A stretch of DNA of 63,571 bases, counting the filler, from Octopus bimaculoides (lineage: Eukaryota): assembly GCF_001194135.2 (NCBI RefSeq). It is 7 parts of 7 records of this genome, joined end to end, with 100 filler letters (N's around TTAATTAATTAA, not from the genome) between each part and the next. Parts side by side here need not be neighbours in the genome. Positions count along the whole stretch, not along the records: positions 61,572 to 63,571 come from NW_026415929.1; 6 more parts are not named here. One strand, 5' to 3'. The notes beneath the pieces were generated by a model, which was given only the letters and a program-made list of their open reading frames with translations, was not told the origin of the DNA and ran no database searches. Below, piece after piece: positions 63,388-63,571 of this stretch. Both the position numbers and the translations under genes were made by a program. Numbering within the stretch: position 1 is the first letter of the stretch; the number at the start of each line of letters is the position of its first letter.

Positions 63388-63571
63388 GCATGTTTGTCTA
63401 TCCGTCGGCCATTTTGTCTGACAGGCCATTATATGTCTGTCTCTTGGGTTTGAAATACGTTCATTATTTCTAAAGTGCAACATTGATGGGATCTTCTGAT
63501 AGGTGAGTACTTATCGGAGCCCTTCTCCCCTTATGTAGCACAAGGCCACCAACAGCCTTTCACCAACACTG

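Overview
Repeat-dense, AT-rich animal genomic DNA from a gappy short-read scaffold. The SINE families and microsatellite load suggest a cephalopod such as Octopus (inference). The only host gene I can support is a minus-strand matrix metalloproteinase (MMP, M10A family). Four exons (33834-33716, 32745-32667, 31281-31145, 29616-29371) splice in frame through canonical GT-AG sites, giving a cysteine switch (ARCGFPD), the zinc motif HEIGHSLGIKH and a Met-turn. Its introns are filled with tandem repeats: about 1.24 kb of degenerate telomeric (TTAGGG)n, about 0.75 kb of (TTA)n, and tandem SINE heads. The rest is decayed mobile DNA: Penelope-like elements (PLEs); RTE, Tx1/L1, R4/Dong and Hero LINEs; mariner, maT, pogo, hAT and piggyBac-type DNA elements; and several tRNA-derived SINE families. 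Most notable are four hammerhead-ribozyme motifs, a three-copy short repeat with a hammerhead-like fold and a variant core (CCAAUGA), a trimeric SINE with one target-site duplication, and a SINE tail matching the 3' end of a Tx1 LINE in the same window. All alignments and folds were done by eye, TE boundaries are approximate, and family names A-E are my own labels.
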